Assembly (NCBI GenBank): GCA_041660005.1
Contig: JBAZXG010000005.1
Location: 4,064 to 68,063 of the forward strand
DNA from: Patescibacteria group bacterium
Lineage (GTDB): Bacteria > Patescibacteriota > Patescibacteriia > GWA2-46-9
Length of the DNA: 64,000 nucleotides
Direction of reading: 5' to 3'
Shown: one piece after another, positions 17,145 through 27,643 of the stretch
Numbering within the stretch: the stretch's first letter is position 1
Layout: each line of letters begins with the position of its first letter
Program-made: the position numbers and the translations under genes
Notes under the pieces: generated by a model
Seen by the model: only the letters and a program-made list of their open reading frames with translations
The model's database searches: none
Told to the model about the DNA's origin: nothing

Positions 17145-18881
17145 TTTACCGATAAACAGCTGGTAAAAATTCTAGATTCAACAGGAGCTTTTCCGTCGGC
17201 TGATATACAAAAATATAAAAGCGAAGCAGATGAGAAGCGCTTGCCATTAGAAAATTATCTCATCAGCAAACGGCTTATTTCAGAAGACAGTCTTTATGAA
17301 AACGCAGCTACGGTCTATAAAGTTCCCTTTATTAAACTCGGCGGCAAGCCCATTCGCAAGGATATTCTTTTTTTAGTACCGGAGCCGCTCGCCAAGCACT
17401 ATCAAATCATCGCCTATGACACTGAGGGCGACTCGATACTGAAGGTTGTTACCACTGATCCTGAAAACTTACAGGCCGTTGAATTTTTAAAGAAAAAAAC
17501 ACACCAGCAAATTGCGCTTTCGGTGACGACGCCTGATGAGTGGCAAGAACTGATGAAGCAGTACCACAAAAGTTTGCAAGCTGAATTTAGTGAACTAAGC
17601 AACAAACCGGAAAAGAAGGACGCCAAGGCTAGCATTAGTAAGGACTTGAAAGAACTTGCCGAAGATCTGCCCGTGATTCGCGTTGTCGACACCATACTCG
17701 AGTATGCCATATTCGAAGGCGCATCTGACATTCACATTGAGCCAGAAGAGCGTGATCTTAATGTACGCTACCGCATTGATGGTGTACTAAAAAATGTAAT
17801 GACTCTGCCGAAACCGGTTCAACCTGGCGTTATCGCGCGCATTAAGGTGCTATCAAACTTAAAACTTGACGAACACCGCATGCCCCAAGATGGTCGGTTC
17901 AAAATTGAAACAGAAGAATATAAAGTTGCTTTTCGTGTTTCCGTACTGCCGACGTTTGATGGTGAAAAAATTGTGCTGCGCCTACTTAACGAAGGTGGCC
18001 AAGTGCTTACGCTCGCCCAGCTCGGCATGCAACCCAAGGCGCTTGAGTTACTACAGAGTAATATCCAAAAACCACACGGCATGATTTTAGTTACTGGTCC
18101 TACGGGCTCCGGTAAAACAACGACGCTCTACACCGTGCTGAATGTACTTAATAAACCAGAGGTCAATATTTCCACAGTTGAAGATCCTGTTGAATACCGC
18201 ATGGAGCGCATTAACCAAAGCCAGGTTAATCCAAAAATTGGCTATACCTTTGCCATGGGTCTCCGTGCCCTACTCCGTCAGGACCCCAACATCATCATGG
18301 TCGGGGAAATTCGCGACCTAGAAACTGCAGAAATCGCCGTTAATGCCGCCATGACTGGGCATTTGTTGCTCTCAACACTGCACACCAATGACGCGGTTAC
18401 CGCCATTCCGCGCCTTTTCGACATGGGTATCCCCCCCTTCCTCGTCGCTTCAACCACCAATATGGTGATGGCACAACGTCTCGTGCGGCGCATTTGCACG
18501 CAATGCATCTCTAGCTACACGCTTGATCAGGCAGCGCTTGATGAACTACGCAAGCAGTTCAATCTGGATCTCATTCTTGAAGCACTGGTACGTCACGGCA
18601 GTGTTGCTAAAGGGACAAAAACATTCAATGACCTCCTTTTTTACCGCGGCAAAGGTTGCAAACAATGTAACAACGAGGGCTACAAGGGACGAATCGGCGT
18701 CTATGAGGTTCTCGACATCAACAAGGAGATTAACGATGCGATTTTGCGTAAAGCAGACCGAGAAGAACTGCAAGAACTTGCTCGCAAGCAAGGTATGACA
18801 ACAATTCTTGAAGACGGATTCTTGAAGGCAAAAGCAGGCATTACTTCGATCGAAGAGGTGCTCCGTGTTACTCAGGAATAA
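17142..18881 (+). CDS. pilB: Type IV pilus assembly ATPase PilB/GspE
   Basis: ASDIHIEP, PQDGR, GPTGSGKTT, LRQDP, STLHTNDA, two CxxC motifs, GYKGR. Confidence 0.95.
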   Translation: MFTDKQLVKILDSTGAFPSADIQKYKSEADEKRLPLENYLISKRLISEDSLYENAATVYKVPFIKLGGKPIRKDILFLVPEPLAKHYQIIAYDTEGDSILKVVTTDPENLQAVEFLKKKTHQQIALSVTTPDEWQELMKQYHKSLQAEFSELSNKPEKKDAKASISKDLKELAEDLPVIRVVDTILEYAIFEGASDIHIEPEERDLNVRYRIDGVLKNVMTLPKPVQPGVIARIKVLSNLKLDEHRMPQDGRFKIETEEYKVAFRVSVLPTFDGEKIVLRLLNEGGQVLTLAQLGMQPKALELLQSNIQKPHGMILVTGPTGSGKTTTLYTVLNVLNKPEVNISTVEDPVEYRMERINQSQVNPKIGYTFAMGLRALLRQDPNIIMVGEIRDLETAEIAVNAAMTGHLLLSTLHTNDAVTAIPRLFDMGIPPFLVASTTNMVMAQRLVRRICTQCISSYTLDQAALDELRKQFNLDLILEALVRHGSVAKGTKTFNDLLFYRGKGCKQCNNEGYKGRIGVYEVLDINKEINDAILRKADREELQELARKQGMTTILEDGFLKAKAGITSIEEVLRVTQE

Positions 18882-18887
18882 ACCACT

Positions 18888-20003
18888 ATGCCACTAACCG
18901 CAGCTCAAGAGGTTACTGATGCGACGCAGCCAGCAGTAATCATTAAAAGGAAACGTTTACCCTGGCAGCGAATCAGTTCAAAAGATATTTTATTTTTGAC
19001 GCAGCAGTTAGAAATCATGGTTCACGCTGGTGTCCCTTTAACAAAAACACTGGAGACGCTGCAGGTACAAACAAAGAACAAGTACCTACACTTTGTCCTC
19101 GAAAGCGTTTCAGCAGATATTCAGCAAGGAAAAACTTTAGCTGACGCGCTAACTTCTTTCCAGAAAGACTTTGGTGAACTGATGATTAATATGATTGCCG
19201 CTGGTGAAGCAAGCGGTAGACTTGATGAAGTCTTGGCTCAGCTTTACTTACAAATGAAAAAAGACCACGAAATTGTGGCGCGCGTGCGCGGTGCGCTTAT
19301 TTATCCGGCAATTGTTGTAGCCGCCATGTTTGGCATCGGTACATTTATGATTGTTTTTATCGTTCCGAAACTAACGAGTCTCTTTACTGAGATGAGTGTT
19401 ACGCTTCCGCTACCGACGCGAATACTTATTGGCATGAGTAATTTTCTGACCAACCATGGGTTGCTGGCAGTTGGATTGTTTGTGGGTTTCATTATTGCCT
19501 TTACCTGGACCATTCATCAGCCATGGGGAAAGAAAGGCTGGCATAAACTACTTCTTTATACTCCTATTGTCGGCCCGATTATAAAAAAGGTTAACGTGGC
19601 GCGCTTTGCTCGCACCGTAAGCTCTTTTTTAAAGACCGATATTCCCGTTGTGAAAACGCTGCAAACGACGGCGCATGTTTTAGGAAATGTCTACTACAAA
19701 GAGGCGCTTCTCGATGCTGCTGAGAAAATTACGAAGGGTATTACGGTTGAAGAAGCGCTTCGCCCGCACAGTGCCCTCTTTAACCCAACGATACTGCAAA
19801 TGATTTCGGTCGGCGAACAGGCAGGGTCCTTAGACGACATGCTGGCTGAAGCTGCCGGCTTTTATGAATCTGAAGTAAACCAGACCATGGAAACATTACC
19901 ATCGCTTCTAGAGCCGATCCTTATGCTGCTCCTTGGTTTTGGTGTTGGCGGCATGGCTGTCGCTATCATTCTGCCGCTCTACACGCTTACGCAAGCGTTT
20001 TAA
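18888..20003 (+). CDS. pilC: Type IV pilus platform protein PilC/GspF
   Basis: AGEASGRLD, ALIYP, VGEQAGSL, LEP. Confidence 0.94.
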   Translation: MPLTAAQEVTDATQPAVIIKRKRLPWQRISSKDILFLTQQLEIMVHAGVPLTKTLETLQVQTKNKYLHFVLESVSADIQQGKTLADALTSFQKDFGELMINMIAAGEASGRLDEVLAQLYLQMKKDHEIVARVRGALIYPAIVVAAMFGIGTFMIVFIVPKLTSLFTEMSVTLPLPTRILIGMSNFLTNHGLLAVGLFVGFIIAFTWTIHQPWGKKGWHKLLLYTPIVGPIIKKVNVARFARTVSSFLKTDIPVVKTLQTTAHVLGNVYYKEALLDAAEKITKGITVEEALRPHSALFNPTILQMISVGEQAGSLDDMLAEAAGFYESEVNQTMETLPSLLEPILMLLLGFGVGGMAVAIILPLYTLTQAF

Positions 20004-20006
20004 AAT

Positions 20007-21074
20007 ATGTCACTCTCTTTCACACTCTACACTCCCGAGCCGCCTGCCGCATTTGGCTTAGACCTATCTGATGACTCGCTCAAAATCGCTCAGTTAAGTA
20101 AGGCAAGAAAAATGACTGTTGTAGATATCCTTCACAAAGAAAGCCTACCAGCGGGCGCAATTGTCGATGGTGAAATTAAAAATGCCGATGCTGTGGCGAG
20201 TGTTTTGAAGCGCGTTTATGATGAGAACCGACGCATACTCGTTCCAAGCGTTGTTCTCTCACTACCCGAAACGCAAACATTCACTGCCACCATCCGAGTA
20301 GCCAAAAAAGATAACAAAACACTTTCAGAGCTGCTTACTGACGCGCTTGCTGAGTACCTACCCGACAGTATCGATAAGCTTTACTACAATACGCAAACTA
20401 TTGGCGAAGACAATGAGTCTTGGGATGTTCTTGTGGGGGCTGCTCCGCAAGCCCTAGTGCTGCCCTACCTGGATGTTGTGGAAAAAGCTGGCCTTACCAC
20501 TCTCGTTCTTGACATCGAAGCGCTCGCTACCGCCAACGCGCTCATTTCCAATAAATCTGATGCAGAAAAAACGCGCGCCATTATCAACCTCGGCAGTCGT
20601 CGTGCAAGTCTTATTCTCTACACCAAGGGTTCTGTACGATTTACGCTAAGTTTGCCAATATCTGGCGAAGCAGTAACCAAAGAGTTGCAAGAACAACTTG
20701 CCATCACGAGGGAGCAAGCCGAACAAACGAAGCGCCTCTGCGGTCTTGATGGAAAAAAGTGCGACGGCGTACTTCGGCAAGTGTTGGAACGTATGGTACA
20801 AAATTTACTTGACCGCATTGACGAAGGCAGAAAATATTACCGAGATCATCATCCCGGATCTTCCGAGATTGAAGAAATCATTCTCTCCGGCGGTGGCGCA
20901 CATTTAATTGGTCTTGATACAATACTAACTGAAGCCCTAAGTATTCCGGTACGCCTCGGCAACATCTGGGAAAATACATCTATTGTTCGACCACCGGAGG
21001 TTGAGTCACCGCTTAGCTTTGCTACGGTCATTGGCCTTGCAGAGCGTGCCCTCATTGAAGAAAAAAATCTATGA
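20007..21074 (+). CDS. pilM: Type IV pilus assembly protein PilM (actin-like fold)
   Basis: FGLDLSD, INLG, ILSGGGA, VIGLA; synteny with pilBC. Confidence 0.9.
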   Translation: MSLSFTLYTPEPPAAFGLDLSDDSLKIAQLSKARKMTVVDILHKESLPAGAIVDGEIKNADAVASVLKRVYDENRRILVPSVVLSLPETQTFTATIRVAKKDNKTLSELLTDALAEYLPDSIDKLYYNTQTIGEDNESWDVLVGAAPQALVLPYLDVVEKAGLTTLVLDIEALATANALISNKSDAEKTRAIINLGSRRASLILYTKGSVRFTLSLPISGEAVTKELQEQLAITREQAEQTKRLCGLDGKKCDGVLRQVLERMVQNLLDRIDEGRKYYRDHHPGSSEIEEIILSGGGAHLIGLDTILTEALSIPVRLGNIWENTSIVRPPEVESPLSFATVIGLAERALIEEKNL

Positions 21075-21613
21075 TGCTCACCCTTAATCTTATTCCGGAA
21101 TCAACAAAAGAGCATGTGCGCATGCTCCGACTCTACAGAATGCTGCGAACGTCCCTCGTTGTCGTGGCACTTTTTACTCTTATCATAGCCATTATTATCC
21201 TTATTGGTAGGCTTATCTTGCAACAACAATTTACCCGTATTGTTAACGAAACAACTCTGGTTACTACCAATAACCGAGCCGTTGAAACAAAAATTCGCGA
21301 CTTGAACAGCAAAGTTGGTACTGCAAAAAAGATTCTTGGCAGTACACACCCTTGGGCTGAGACTGTTTTTTCAATTTTAGAAATAATGCCAGGCGGAATA
21401 ACCATTGACTCGATTAGTTTGGACGCTGAAGGCAAAAGCACCATTAACGGAAAAGCGAAAACGCGAGACGAGCTTCTCGCTTTTAAAGCCGCGCTCGAGG
21501 CCGCACCCTATGCGACAAACGTGGGCCTACCAATTACCGATTTACTAAAACGGGAAGACGCCATATTTAGCATTAATTTTACACTCAAACCAGATGCGGT
21601 TTCCAAACGTTAA
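21071..21613 (+). CDS. pilN: PilN-like protein
   Basis: N-terminal LNLIP motif, one TM helix, coiled coil; follows pilM. Confidence 0.8.
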   Translation: MMLTLNLIPESTKEHVRMLRLYRMLRTSLVVVALFTLIIAIIILIGRLILQQQFTRIVNETTLVTTNNRAVETKIRDLNSKVGTAKKILGSTHPWAETVFSILEIMPGGITIDSISLDAEGKSTINGKAKTRDELLAFKAALEAAPYATNVGLPITDLLKREDAIFSINFTLKPDAVSKR

Positions 21614-22172
21614 ACTTAAACGACAAAACGTAACGATGTTACTTTTTACCGGGACCATACTATTGGTGCCGTTAGGTATCATTATTCCTAATGTACTTGA
21701 AATTCGATCAACTGCTCACGCCATATACAGCCAGTATGACTTTTTAGAAGAAAGAAACCGGCTCGGCTACGACATCAAAAAGGCCAGTCGCGACTACACT
21801 GAAGCACTCCCCCGTATTAAGGAGCTCACGTCACTGTCTTTACCTGAAGGTGATGAGCTGACGTTTATTACTGCAACTGAATCATTGGCGGACAAAAATG
21901 GCGTATCAGTAACACTTAACCTACTAACAGACAAAGCAGTTAAGGGTAAGACTGGCCAACTACCGTTCACTCTTCGCGTTGAAGGTACATTTGCGAACGT
22001 CATGGGCTACATTGGTGCATTACGCACACTGCCCATGGCAACAAGTATCAACAGGATCAATATTGGTAAAAAGGTTACTTCTACCCGCGAGCAGCAAAGC
22101 GTAACCAGTAATGCAGTTGCTGTAACCATGGAGGGGTTTGTTTACCGATCACCGGTTGCAACCGCGAACTAA
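21594..22172 (+). CDS. pilO: PilO-like protein
   Basis: TM helix, coiled coil, SLP, VEGTFANVMGYI; synteny. Confidence 0.72.
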   Translation: MRFPNVKLKRQNVTMLLFTGTILLVPLGIIIPNVLEIRSTAHAIYSQYDFLEERNRLGYDIKKASRDYTEALPRIKELTSLSLPEGDELTFITATESLADKNGVSVTLNLLTDKAVKGKTGQLPFTLRVEGTFANVMGYIGALRTLPMATSINRINIGKKVTSTREQQSVTSNAVAVTMEGFVYRSPVATAN

Positions 22173-22177
22173 AAACT

Positions 22178-22528
22178 ATGAAATTAAAACTGCCCATAAC
22201 TTATATTGTTCGCTACGGTTATGCGTTTATTGTTACGTTAATGTGTTTAATATTTGCTGCAATTTTGTGGTTTATCTACGGGAATGTTTACGTACCACTC
22301 ACCCAGGCAACATTTCTCGCAGAACTACAAGCCCGGGTGGCCCTCATTAGTGTTAATAAAAAAGACCTAAAAGATGTTCTAGACGCTATGAGCATAAACG
22401 CCAAACCCACTGCTATCGACTGGTCTAGCGCGAGAAACCCGTTTATAATTGAGCCCGCAGTGCTGTCACCCGTTGCAACAGATAGCCAAAACCCTGCAGT
22501 CAACGCTGCCAAACAGCCGACACAGTAA
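22178..22528 (+). CDS. Bitopic protein at the PilP position
   Basis: One TM helix, RNPF motif, follows pilO. Confidence 0.55.
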   Translation: MKLKLPITYIVRYGYAFIVTLMCLIFAAILWFIYGNVYVPLTQATFLAELQARVALISVNKKDLKDVLDAMSINAKPTAIDWSSARNPFIIEPAVLSPVATDSQNPAVNAAKQPTQ

Positions 22529-22530
22529 TC

Positions 22531-22559
22531 TTGACTCACGTACACTATCCTGCTATAGT
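22531..22559 (+). promoter_or_regulatory. Sigma70 promoter of rpmA
   Basis: TTGACT-17 bp-TATAGT with extended TG. Confidence 0.7.
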
Positions 22560-22598
22560 CTTCTCTACGTGATTCCTAATATTAATTAGCCCACCTCT

Positions 22599-22880
22599 AT
22601 GGCACATAAGAAGGCCGGCGGATCTACATCCCTCGGCAGAGATTCGCAAGGACAACGACTTGGAGTAAAAGTTTCCGATGGCATGCTTGCTACGGCAGGC
22701 AGCATTATTATACGACAACGCGGTACACACATTCGAGCGGGTGCCAATGTTGGTCGTGGCGTCGACGACAGTCTTTATGCTAAGGTTGCCGGTATTGTTA
22801 AGTTTTCTGCCAAGAAAATCCGCACCTACACTGGCCAACTCAAACGCGCTGGATTTGTTACGGTTATACCGAAAGAGTAG
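22599..22880 (+). CDS. rpmA: 50S ribosomal protein L27
   Basis: [10 protein letters not shown]...GRDS...RLGVK...IIIRQRG. Confidence 0.99.
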   Translation: MAHKKAGGSTSLGRDSQGQRLGVKVSDGMLATAGSIIIRQRGTHIRAGANVGRGVDDSLYAKVAGIVKFSAKKIRTYTGQLKRAGFVTVIPKE

Positions 22881-22902
22881 ATTGCATTAAACCATTTATT
22901 TC

Positions 22903-22930
22903 AAAAACAGCCCCTAGAAGGGCTGTTTTT
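22903..22930. terminator. Bidirectional intrinsic terminator
   Basis: AAAAACAGCCC-CTAGAA-GGGCTGTTTTT between convergent genes. Confidence 0.85.
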
Positions 22931-22959
22931 GTTATAAAACGTTCTAACAAATGAATGAA

Positions 22960-23871
22960 TCAACTTAAATGCTCCCTCTCGCTAGCTTCCATTTTGTGCA
23001 AAACGCTTGGGGAGGCCGCATCATAAGCTCTAGATTGATATTTATATCTCACTGATTCTCTACGTTTTTCCTGTAGAACGCGCAAAGCCCTTGCCAAAAG
23101 AAGCATGTCTCCACGATTGTTTTCTTGAACCTCGTCATTCATAGTACCCTCTACTCCCTGCTTGGCGTTAGTCTCTGCTGCCTCAGCTAAAACTTCTCCC
23201 GTATGTTGAATCAGTAGATCAATTCGACTTTGGTATTTGAGCATTTCCATTTTATCACGAGGAGGCCCACCTTTTGCTTCAAGTTCATTCAGAAAATATT
23301 GAACATCCAAAAGAGAAGCTATGCACGCCCCTTGCTTTGGTAATTCAGCATGCCTAATTGACGCACTGGCGTAGTTTGGCTCTGCGTCATCCGGATACAT
23401 CTTATCCATGAGTCGCGTAAACAGGTTTTCCGCAGCTTGGTAACGCTTTTGCGCTACTGCTTGTTCTCTCTTCGTACTGTTGTCGATGTTGTCGGCGGCG
23501 GCGTTCTCTTCCTGTCTGCCAAACCCTGAACGCGCCATTTCAAAACCAAGCATCGCAGCACCAGGTGCCAATTGGTTACGAACTTCATCGCCCTCTCCAA
23601 TTGCTAGTGTTTCTCTAAGATACTTGGTTATTAGAGGGCCCTGTTCCTGCAACATAAGAACTAAATGTTGGTCATCCGGCTCAAGTGCCATTTCTCCAAA
23701 AACAATACCTAAATTGCGTACTGTTTCGACATTTCTCTGGTCTTTCGCTTTCGCAGCAGCCGCAGCATCGACGTGCATAGTCACGGCTCTACTCTTGTCG
23801 GCATTACCATGCGCATCGCGTGTAACACCAACTAAATGTTCTTCAGGTATAAATCGTTCTTCCATAGTCAT
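22960..23871 (-). CDS. Hypothetical soluble, helix-rich protein
   Basis: 303-aa ORF, no recognised motif, own putative -10 (TGgTACGCT). Confidence 0.7.
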   Translation of the reverse strand: MTMEERFIPEEHLVGVTRDAHGNADKSRAVTMHVDAAAAAKAKDQRNVETVRNLGIVFGEMALEPDDQHLVLMLQEQGPLITKYLRETLAIGEGDEVRNQLAPGAAMLGFEMARSGFGRQEENAAADNIDNSTKREQAVAQKRYQAAENLFTRLMDKMYPDDAEPNYASASIRHAELPKQGACIASLLDVQYFLNELEAKGGPPRDKMEMLKYQSRIDLLIQHTGEVLAEAAETNAKQGVEGTMNDEVQENNRGDMLLLARALRVLQEKRRESVRYKYQSRAYDAASPSVLHKMEASEREHLS

Positions 23872-23911
23872 TAAAATAACACTTAAAGCGTACCACGATG
23901 CCGAAAATCGA

Positions 23912-24688
23912 TCAAAAAATCTGCGTCAAGTAATCTACCACTTTTGGTTTGCCGCATATGATATTGTGCTTCATTTTTCCGTCCGTCGACTGCGTTCTTT
24001 TGGTTGTTACGAATTTTCCTCCAGCCTCTTCAATAATAATCTGAGTAGCAGCGACATCCCAGTCATTTATATGAAAATCAACCATGGCGCCGACCGCACC
24101 CTTTGCGGCTAACGTATGACCAAAGCAGTCCGGAATTGTCCGCACGAGCTGATGTTTAGACAACAAGTTATTGTAAGCATCCATAGTACCGGATAACTCA
24201 AATTGCTTTAAGTCACCGGTCGCAATAATTTCTCGACTCAATTCGCTTAGAGAACCAATATCTTTCATAGTAATCCTTGTTTCGTTACAAAATGTGCCTA
24301 AACCCTTTGCTGCGTAATAACAAAGATCGAGTCCAGGATGGTCGATAATTCCCACTAACGGAATATCGTTTTGATAAAGCGCCAAAATAGTCCCATAAAG
24401 AGGTATGCCGTGACTAAAACTGATGGTTCCGTCTATTGGGTCGATATACCACTTAAATTCAGCATTTTGATTTATAACCCCAAACTCCTCACCGACGATA
24501 GAATGCGTTGGAAATTTTTTTTCAATTTCATTGCGTACGAGTTGCTCGGTTTCTCGGTCCACCTCAGTTACCGGCGAATCGTCATCTTTTATAGATACAC
24601 TAAAACCCGTTACGCTTTTTTGTTTAATCAGAGCTCGGGATTTAATTACCGTTTGCAACCCAAAATCTAAAAATGTTTGTGTATTCAT
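23912..24688 (-). CDS. Inositol monophosphatase family protein (HisN-like)
   Basis: SPVTEVD, GEE, WYIDPIDGT, WDVAA...EEAGG. Confidence 0.92.
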   Translation of the reverse strand: MNTQTFLDFGLQTVIKSRALIKQKSVTGFSVSIKDDDSPVTEVDRETEQLVRNEIEKKFPTHSIVGEEFGVINQNAEFKWYIDPIDGTISFSHGIPLYGTILALYQNDIPLVGIIDHPGLDLCYYAAKGLGTFCNETRITMKDIGSLSELSREIIATGDLKQFELSGTMDAYNNLLSKHQLVRTIPDCFGHTLAAKGAVGAMVDFHINDWDVAATQIIIEEAGGKFVTTKRTQSTDGKMKHNIICGKPKVVDYLTQIF

Positions 24689-24697
24689 ATATCAAAA

Positions 24698-25411
24698 TTA
24701 TTCTTCAGAAAGCGGCTTATGAATCAAAAAATAAGGGCCCGTAATTTCTGAAGCAATTTCAATACTACAGTGAAGTTCTCTTGCAAGTTTCTTTACGGCA
24801 AGAGAAATTTCCCATTTTTTTTGCGGTTTTCCTTGAAAAAAATCAGCCGTTCCATCCGATTGAAACGGTCTTTCCAAAAAAACATACCCACCTGGCTTGA
24901 GTATAGCCACAGCCGCCCTAAGCCTTTTTTCAAGCTGACCGTATACTACTTCCCTATAGCGAGGGTTATGTTTCAAATTTAAACGTGGGTCATAGCTCTG
25001 TAAACCTACAACGGGCTCAAAAGTTACAAGTGCCGGAGCGACATTTTCTTGCTTTAATCGTTCTAACAAGTTTGAAAAGTCCGCATTGCTAAAAATATCA
25101 CCATCAATGAAAACATCGTTTGGCCTTACGACTCTTCTAGATTCTGGTGTCTTCAGAGAAAAACAATAGGATTTATCGGCGCCTAATTTTTCAGCCGTTG
25201 CACGACCGCAAATGTCGACATGCACGACTTCTTCGTTGCTTCCATGAAGTGCTTGAAAGTACGTTGTTATTTGTTCTCTCCACTTTGGAAGCAAGGCAAA
25301 ATATTCAGACGCATCACGCCTGTCCAAATTGTAGTAATCGTGGGATTGTTGACCCGCAGAAGTTTCTTTCTGAAACTCTACCGCCTCACGAACTTGTTTG
25401 AATTTACCCAT
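24698..25411 (-). CDS. Hypothetical protein, possibly a divergent class I SAM-dependent methyltransferase fold
   Basis: VHVDICG, IDGDI, ILKPGGYVFLE; canonical GxG motif absent. Confidence 0.45.
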   Translation of the reverse strand: MGKFKQVREAVEFQKETSAGQQSHDYYNLDRRDASEYFALLPKWREQITTYFQALHGSNEEVVHVDICGRATAEKLGADKSYCFSLKTPESRRVVRPNDVFIDGDIFSNADFSNLLERLKQENVAPALVTFEPVVGLQSYDPRLNLKHNPRYREVVYGQLEKRLRAAVAILKPGGYVFLERPFQSDGTADFFQGKPQKKWEISLAVKKLARELHCSIEIASEITGPYFLIHKPLSEE

Positions 25412-25516
25412 ATACTACTAACGTAACTATACTCTTTTATGATCCCTTTAGGTAAATGTTATCTTGAGATCAATATTTTTCCACTTTCTAAGCATAAGCG
25501 TGTCTATACTATTCTA

Positions 25517-26431
25517 TTAAGTTCCGTACCTTGTTAATGCTGCATCGACTGATGCTCTTTTGATAGAAATGAACACGCCTACTGCCATAATTGCAATACC
25601 AACAAGTTGGTAGAATGACAGGCTTTCATTAAAAAACCCAACCAAGAAAATCAGGCTAAATAGCGGAAAGGTCATAACGAGGGATATTGCCTTTGATATA
25701 TCAAGACGTTTAAGCCCTTCATACCATACTACTTTTCCTACACCTAACAAAATAAAGCCCGTGAACAAAATAAGTTTCCAGTGAACTAGTACCAACTCAA
25801 GCACATTTGAGTGCGGCTCTATAACAAGTGACAAAGCAAGGAGAAGCAATCCACCAATTAAAAAACGAATAAAAAGAATGATTGCGGGAGAAACAAAATT
25901 CAAAGCTTTTTTTGCATAAAAATTGCCTATTGGGAATGTAGCAGTACTCACGATAACGAGTAGGTCACCCGTATTTAAACCGAATTTCCCGTTATATAAA
26001 ATGAACGAGGCACCAATTAAAACTCCCATGGCGCCGAGAAGTTTATTGATGGTCGTTTCTTCTCCTATGAAGGGAGTGTAAAGGAGTGTAAAAATAATTT
26101 CAGAAAGCAAAAGTAGTGAAGAGTTAACGCCAGAGGTTTTACTGGCACCTACGAAAAATAACGTGTAAGGAATAACAACAATGCAAAGCGTAATCATTGC
26201 CAAAGATGCGTAAGACTTTCGATTACCTAGCTCATGGAGCTTGCCTTTAAGGATTGCATAGACAAAAGAACCGCAGGCGGCAAGCAGCGTCGTAATTGCA
26301 GCGAACATGATTGGAGGAATACTTTGTGCTCCGCGGTTAACGAGCACAGGAAACATGCCCGCCATCGCCGCGGCAATGAAAGCAAAAATGACGCCTACAT
26401 TTTCCTGCTTTTTCGACACACTAATGATCAA
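25517..26431 (-). CDS. EamA/DMT family transporter
   Basis: About 10 TM helices in two repeats; TTG start overlaps the fluC TGA. Confidence 0.88.
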   Translation of the reverse strand: MIISVSKKQENVGVIFAFIAAAMAGMFPVLVNRGAQSIPPIMFAAITTLLAACGSFVYAILKGKLHELGNRKSYASLAMITLCIVVIPYTLFFVGASKTSGVNSSLLLLSEIIFTLLYTPFIGEETTINKLLGAMGVLIGASFILYNGKFGLNTGDLLVIVSTATFPIGNFYAKKALNFVSPAIILFIRFLIGGLLLLALSLVIEPHSNVLELVLVHWKLILFTGFILLGVGKVVWYEGLKRLDISKAISLVMTFPLFSLIFLVGFFNESLSFYQLVGIAIMAVGVFISIKRASVDAALTRYGT

Positions 26432-26817
26432 ATTTTTTTCACGACTAATATATAACCTAAAGACGCTAGTGCTATACCACCCGCAACACTCAGAAAAATA
26501 TTTCCGACAAAAAACCAATAATGCTTTTCGACAAGTAACTGAAAACTATCCTGACTAAAAGTGGAAAATGTTGTAAACGCCCCAAGAAAACCGGTTATAA
26601 AAAGATAATGACTAAACGACCCTCTGCTTAAAATGTTATATTTGACGCTTAAACCCAAGGCGATGCCAATAAGTAAGCTACCAACTAAATTTACAACTAA
26701 TGTGCCAAATGGAAAGTCGGTACGATGATAGGAACGATCATCAATCATAAAAACAAAATAGCGGCTTATTGCACCAAGAAACCCGCCAACTCCAATGGCT
26801 AAGAGATTCATGATCAT
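26428..26817 (-). CDS. crcB: Fluoride channel FluC/CrcB
   Basis: GGFLGAISRY, PFGTLVVN, GFLGAFTTFSTFS. Confidence 0.96.
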   Translation of the reverse strand: MIMNLLAIGVGGFLGAISRYFVFMIDDRSYHRTDFPFGTLVVNLVGSLLIGIALGLSVKYNILSRGSFSHYLFITGFLGAFTTFSTFSQDSFQLLVEKHYWFFVGNIFLSVAGGIALASLGYILVVKKI

Positions 26818-27605
26818 AGAACCCGACTTTGTTTTTTATCTCTGAACAACTGCTGCATCTTTCTCGCAGCTTTTTTAGAAAACAATGCGAGACTCACTGG
26901 CGTGACTGAAATTCTTCCTGCGGCTAATGCTCCTAAATCTGTTCCCGACTTTGCAATAGAAAAATTTATCGGCGGAGATATGAGTGTATACTTGCCGCCG
27001 ACTTTATGAAACAACTTTCCATATGAGTCCCGGTGTGGGCTGGTAATCTCTATTTCAGTGTCGACCCCTGCCTGGTAGGGAATATTTACTGACAGCAAGT
27101 CAACACTTTCTCCAAAGGGTTCATCAATAAACATTTTGACTATGCTAGCTGTAATAATAGCAGCATTATCAAAAATCGTTTTATCAACATCTCGGCTTCT
27201 TACTCCTTCTGGTATGTGCATAGATACTGATAGCGATTTTACTCCATTGACTGATGCTTCCATTGCGGCGCCGACAGTTCCAGAGCTCAAAATCCGACCA
27301 TGCCCAGTATTTAGCCCCTTATTTATTCCCGAAACAACTAATCTGGGTTTATCGTTAAGTACATCATATAAACCAATTTGCACACAGTCCGCTGGCGTGC
27401 CATTTAATGAGTAGATTTGAAATTCACTAAGAGTACGCTGTACGAGCGAAAGAGGGGTTGACCGCGACAATGATTTTCCAATCCAACTTTGCTCAGTCGA
27501 CGGTGCGACTGTTTCAACAGAAAAATGTTTAGATAGTTCCCTTAGCAACGGATAAAACGCGATCGAACTATATCCGTCGTCGTTCGTTAATAATATATCA
27601 ACCAC
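26814..27605 (-). CDS. surE: 5'/3'-nucleotidase SurE
   Basis: ILLTNDDG, GTPADCV, VSGINKG, SGTVGAA. Confidence 0.95.
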   Translation of the reverse strand: MVDILLTNDDGYSSIAFYPLLRELSKHFSVETVAPSTEQSWIGKSLSRSTPLSLVQRTLSEFQIYSLNGTPADCVQIGLYDVLNDKPRLVVSGINKGLNTGHGRILSSGTVGAAMEASVNGVKSLSVSMHIPEGVRSRDVDKTIFDNAAIITASIVKMFIDEPFGESVDLLSVNIPYQAGVDTEIEITSPHRDSYGKLFHKVGGKYTLISPPINFSIAKSGTDLGALAAGRISVTPVSLALFSKKAARKMQQLFRDKKQSRVL

Positions 27606-27643
27606 AAAACGGTTCTAAAAAAATATTGCCAACGCTCAAAAAC

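Noticed and set aside
22891-22899. ACCATTTAT after rpmA matching the end of the dispersed repeat
   Set aside because: A 9-nt AT-rich match with no other part of the element
23480-24112. 210-aa plus-strand ORF and similar long antisense ORFs (e.g. 31376-31948, 40384-40905, 46848-47309)
   Set aside because: They lie opposite better-supported genes and have the Ser/Pro/Ala-rich composition of shadow frames
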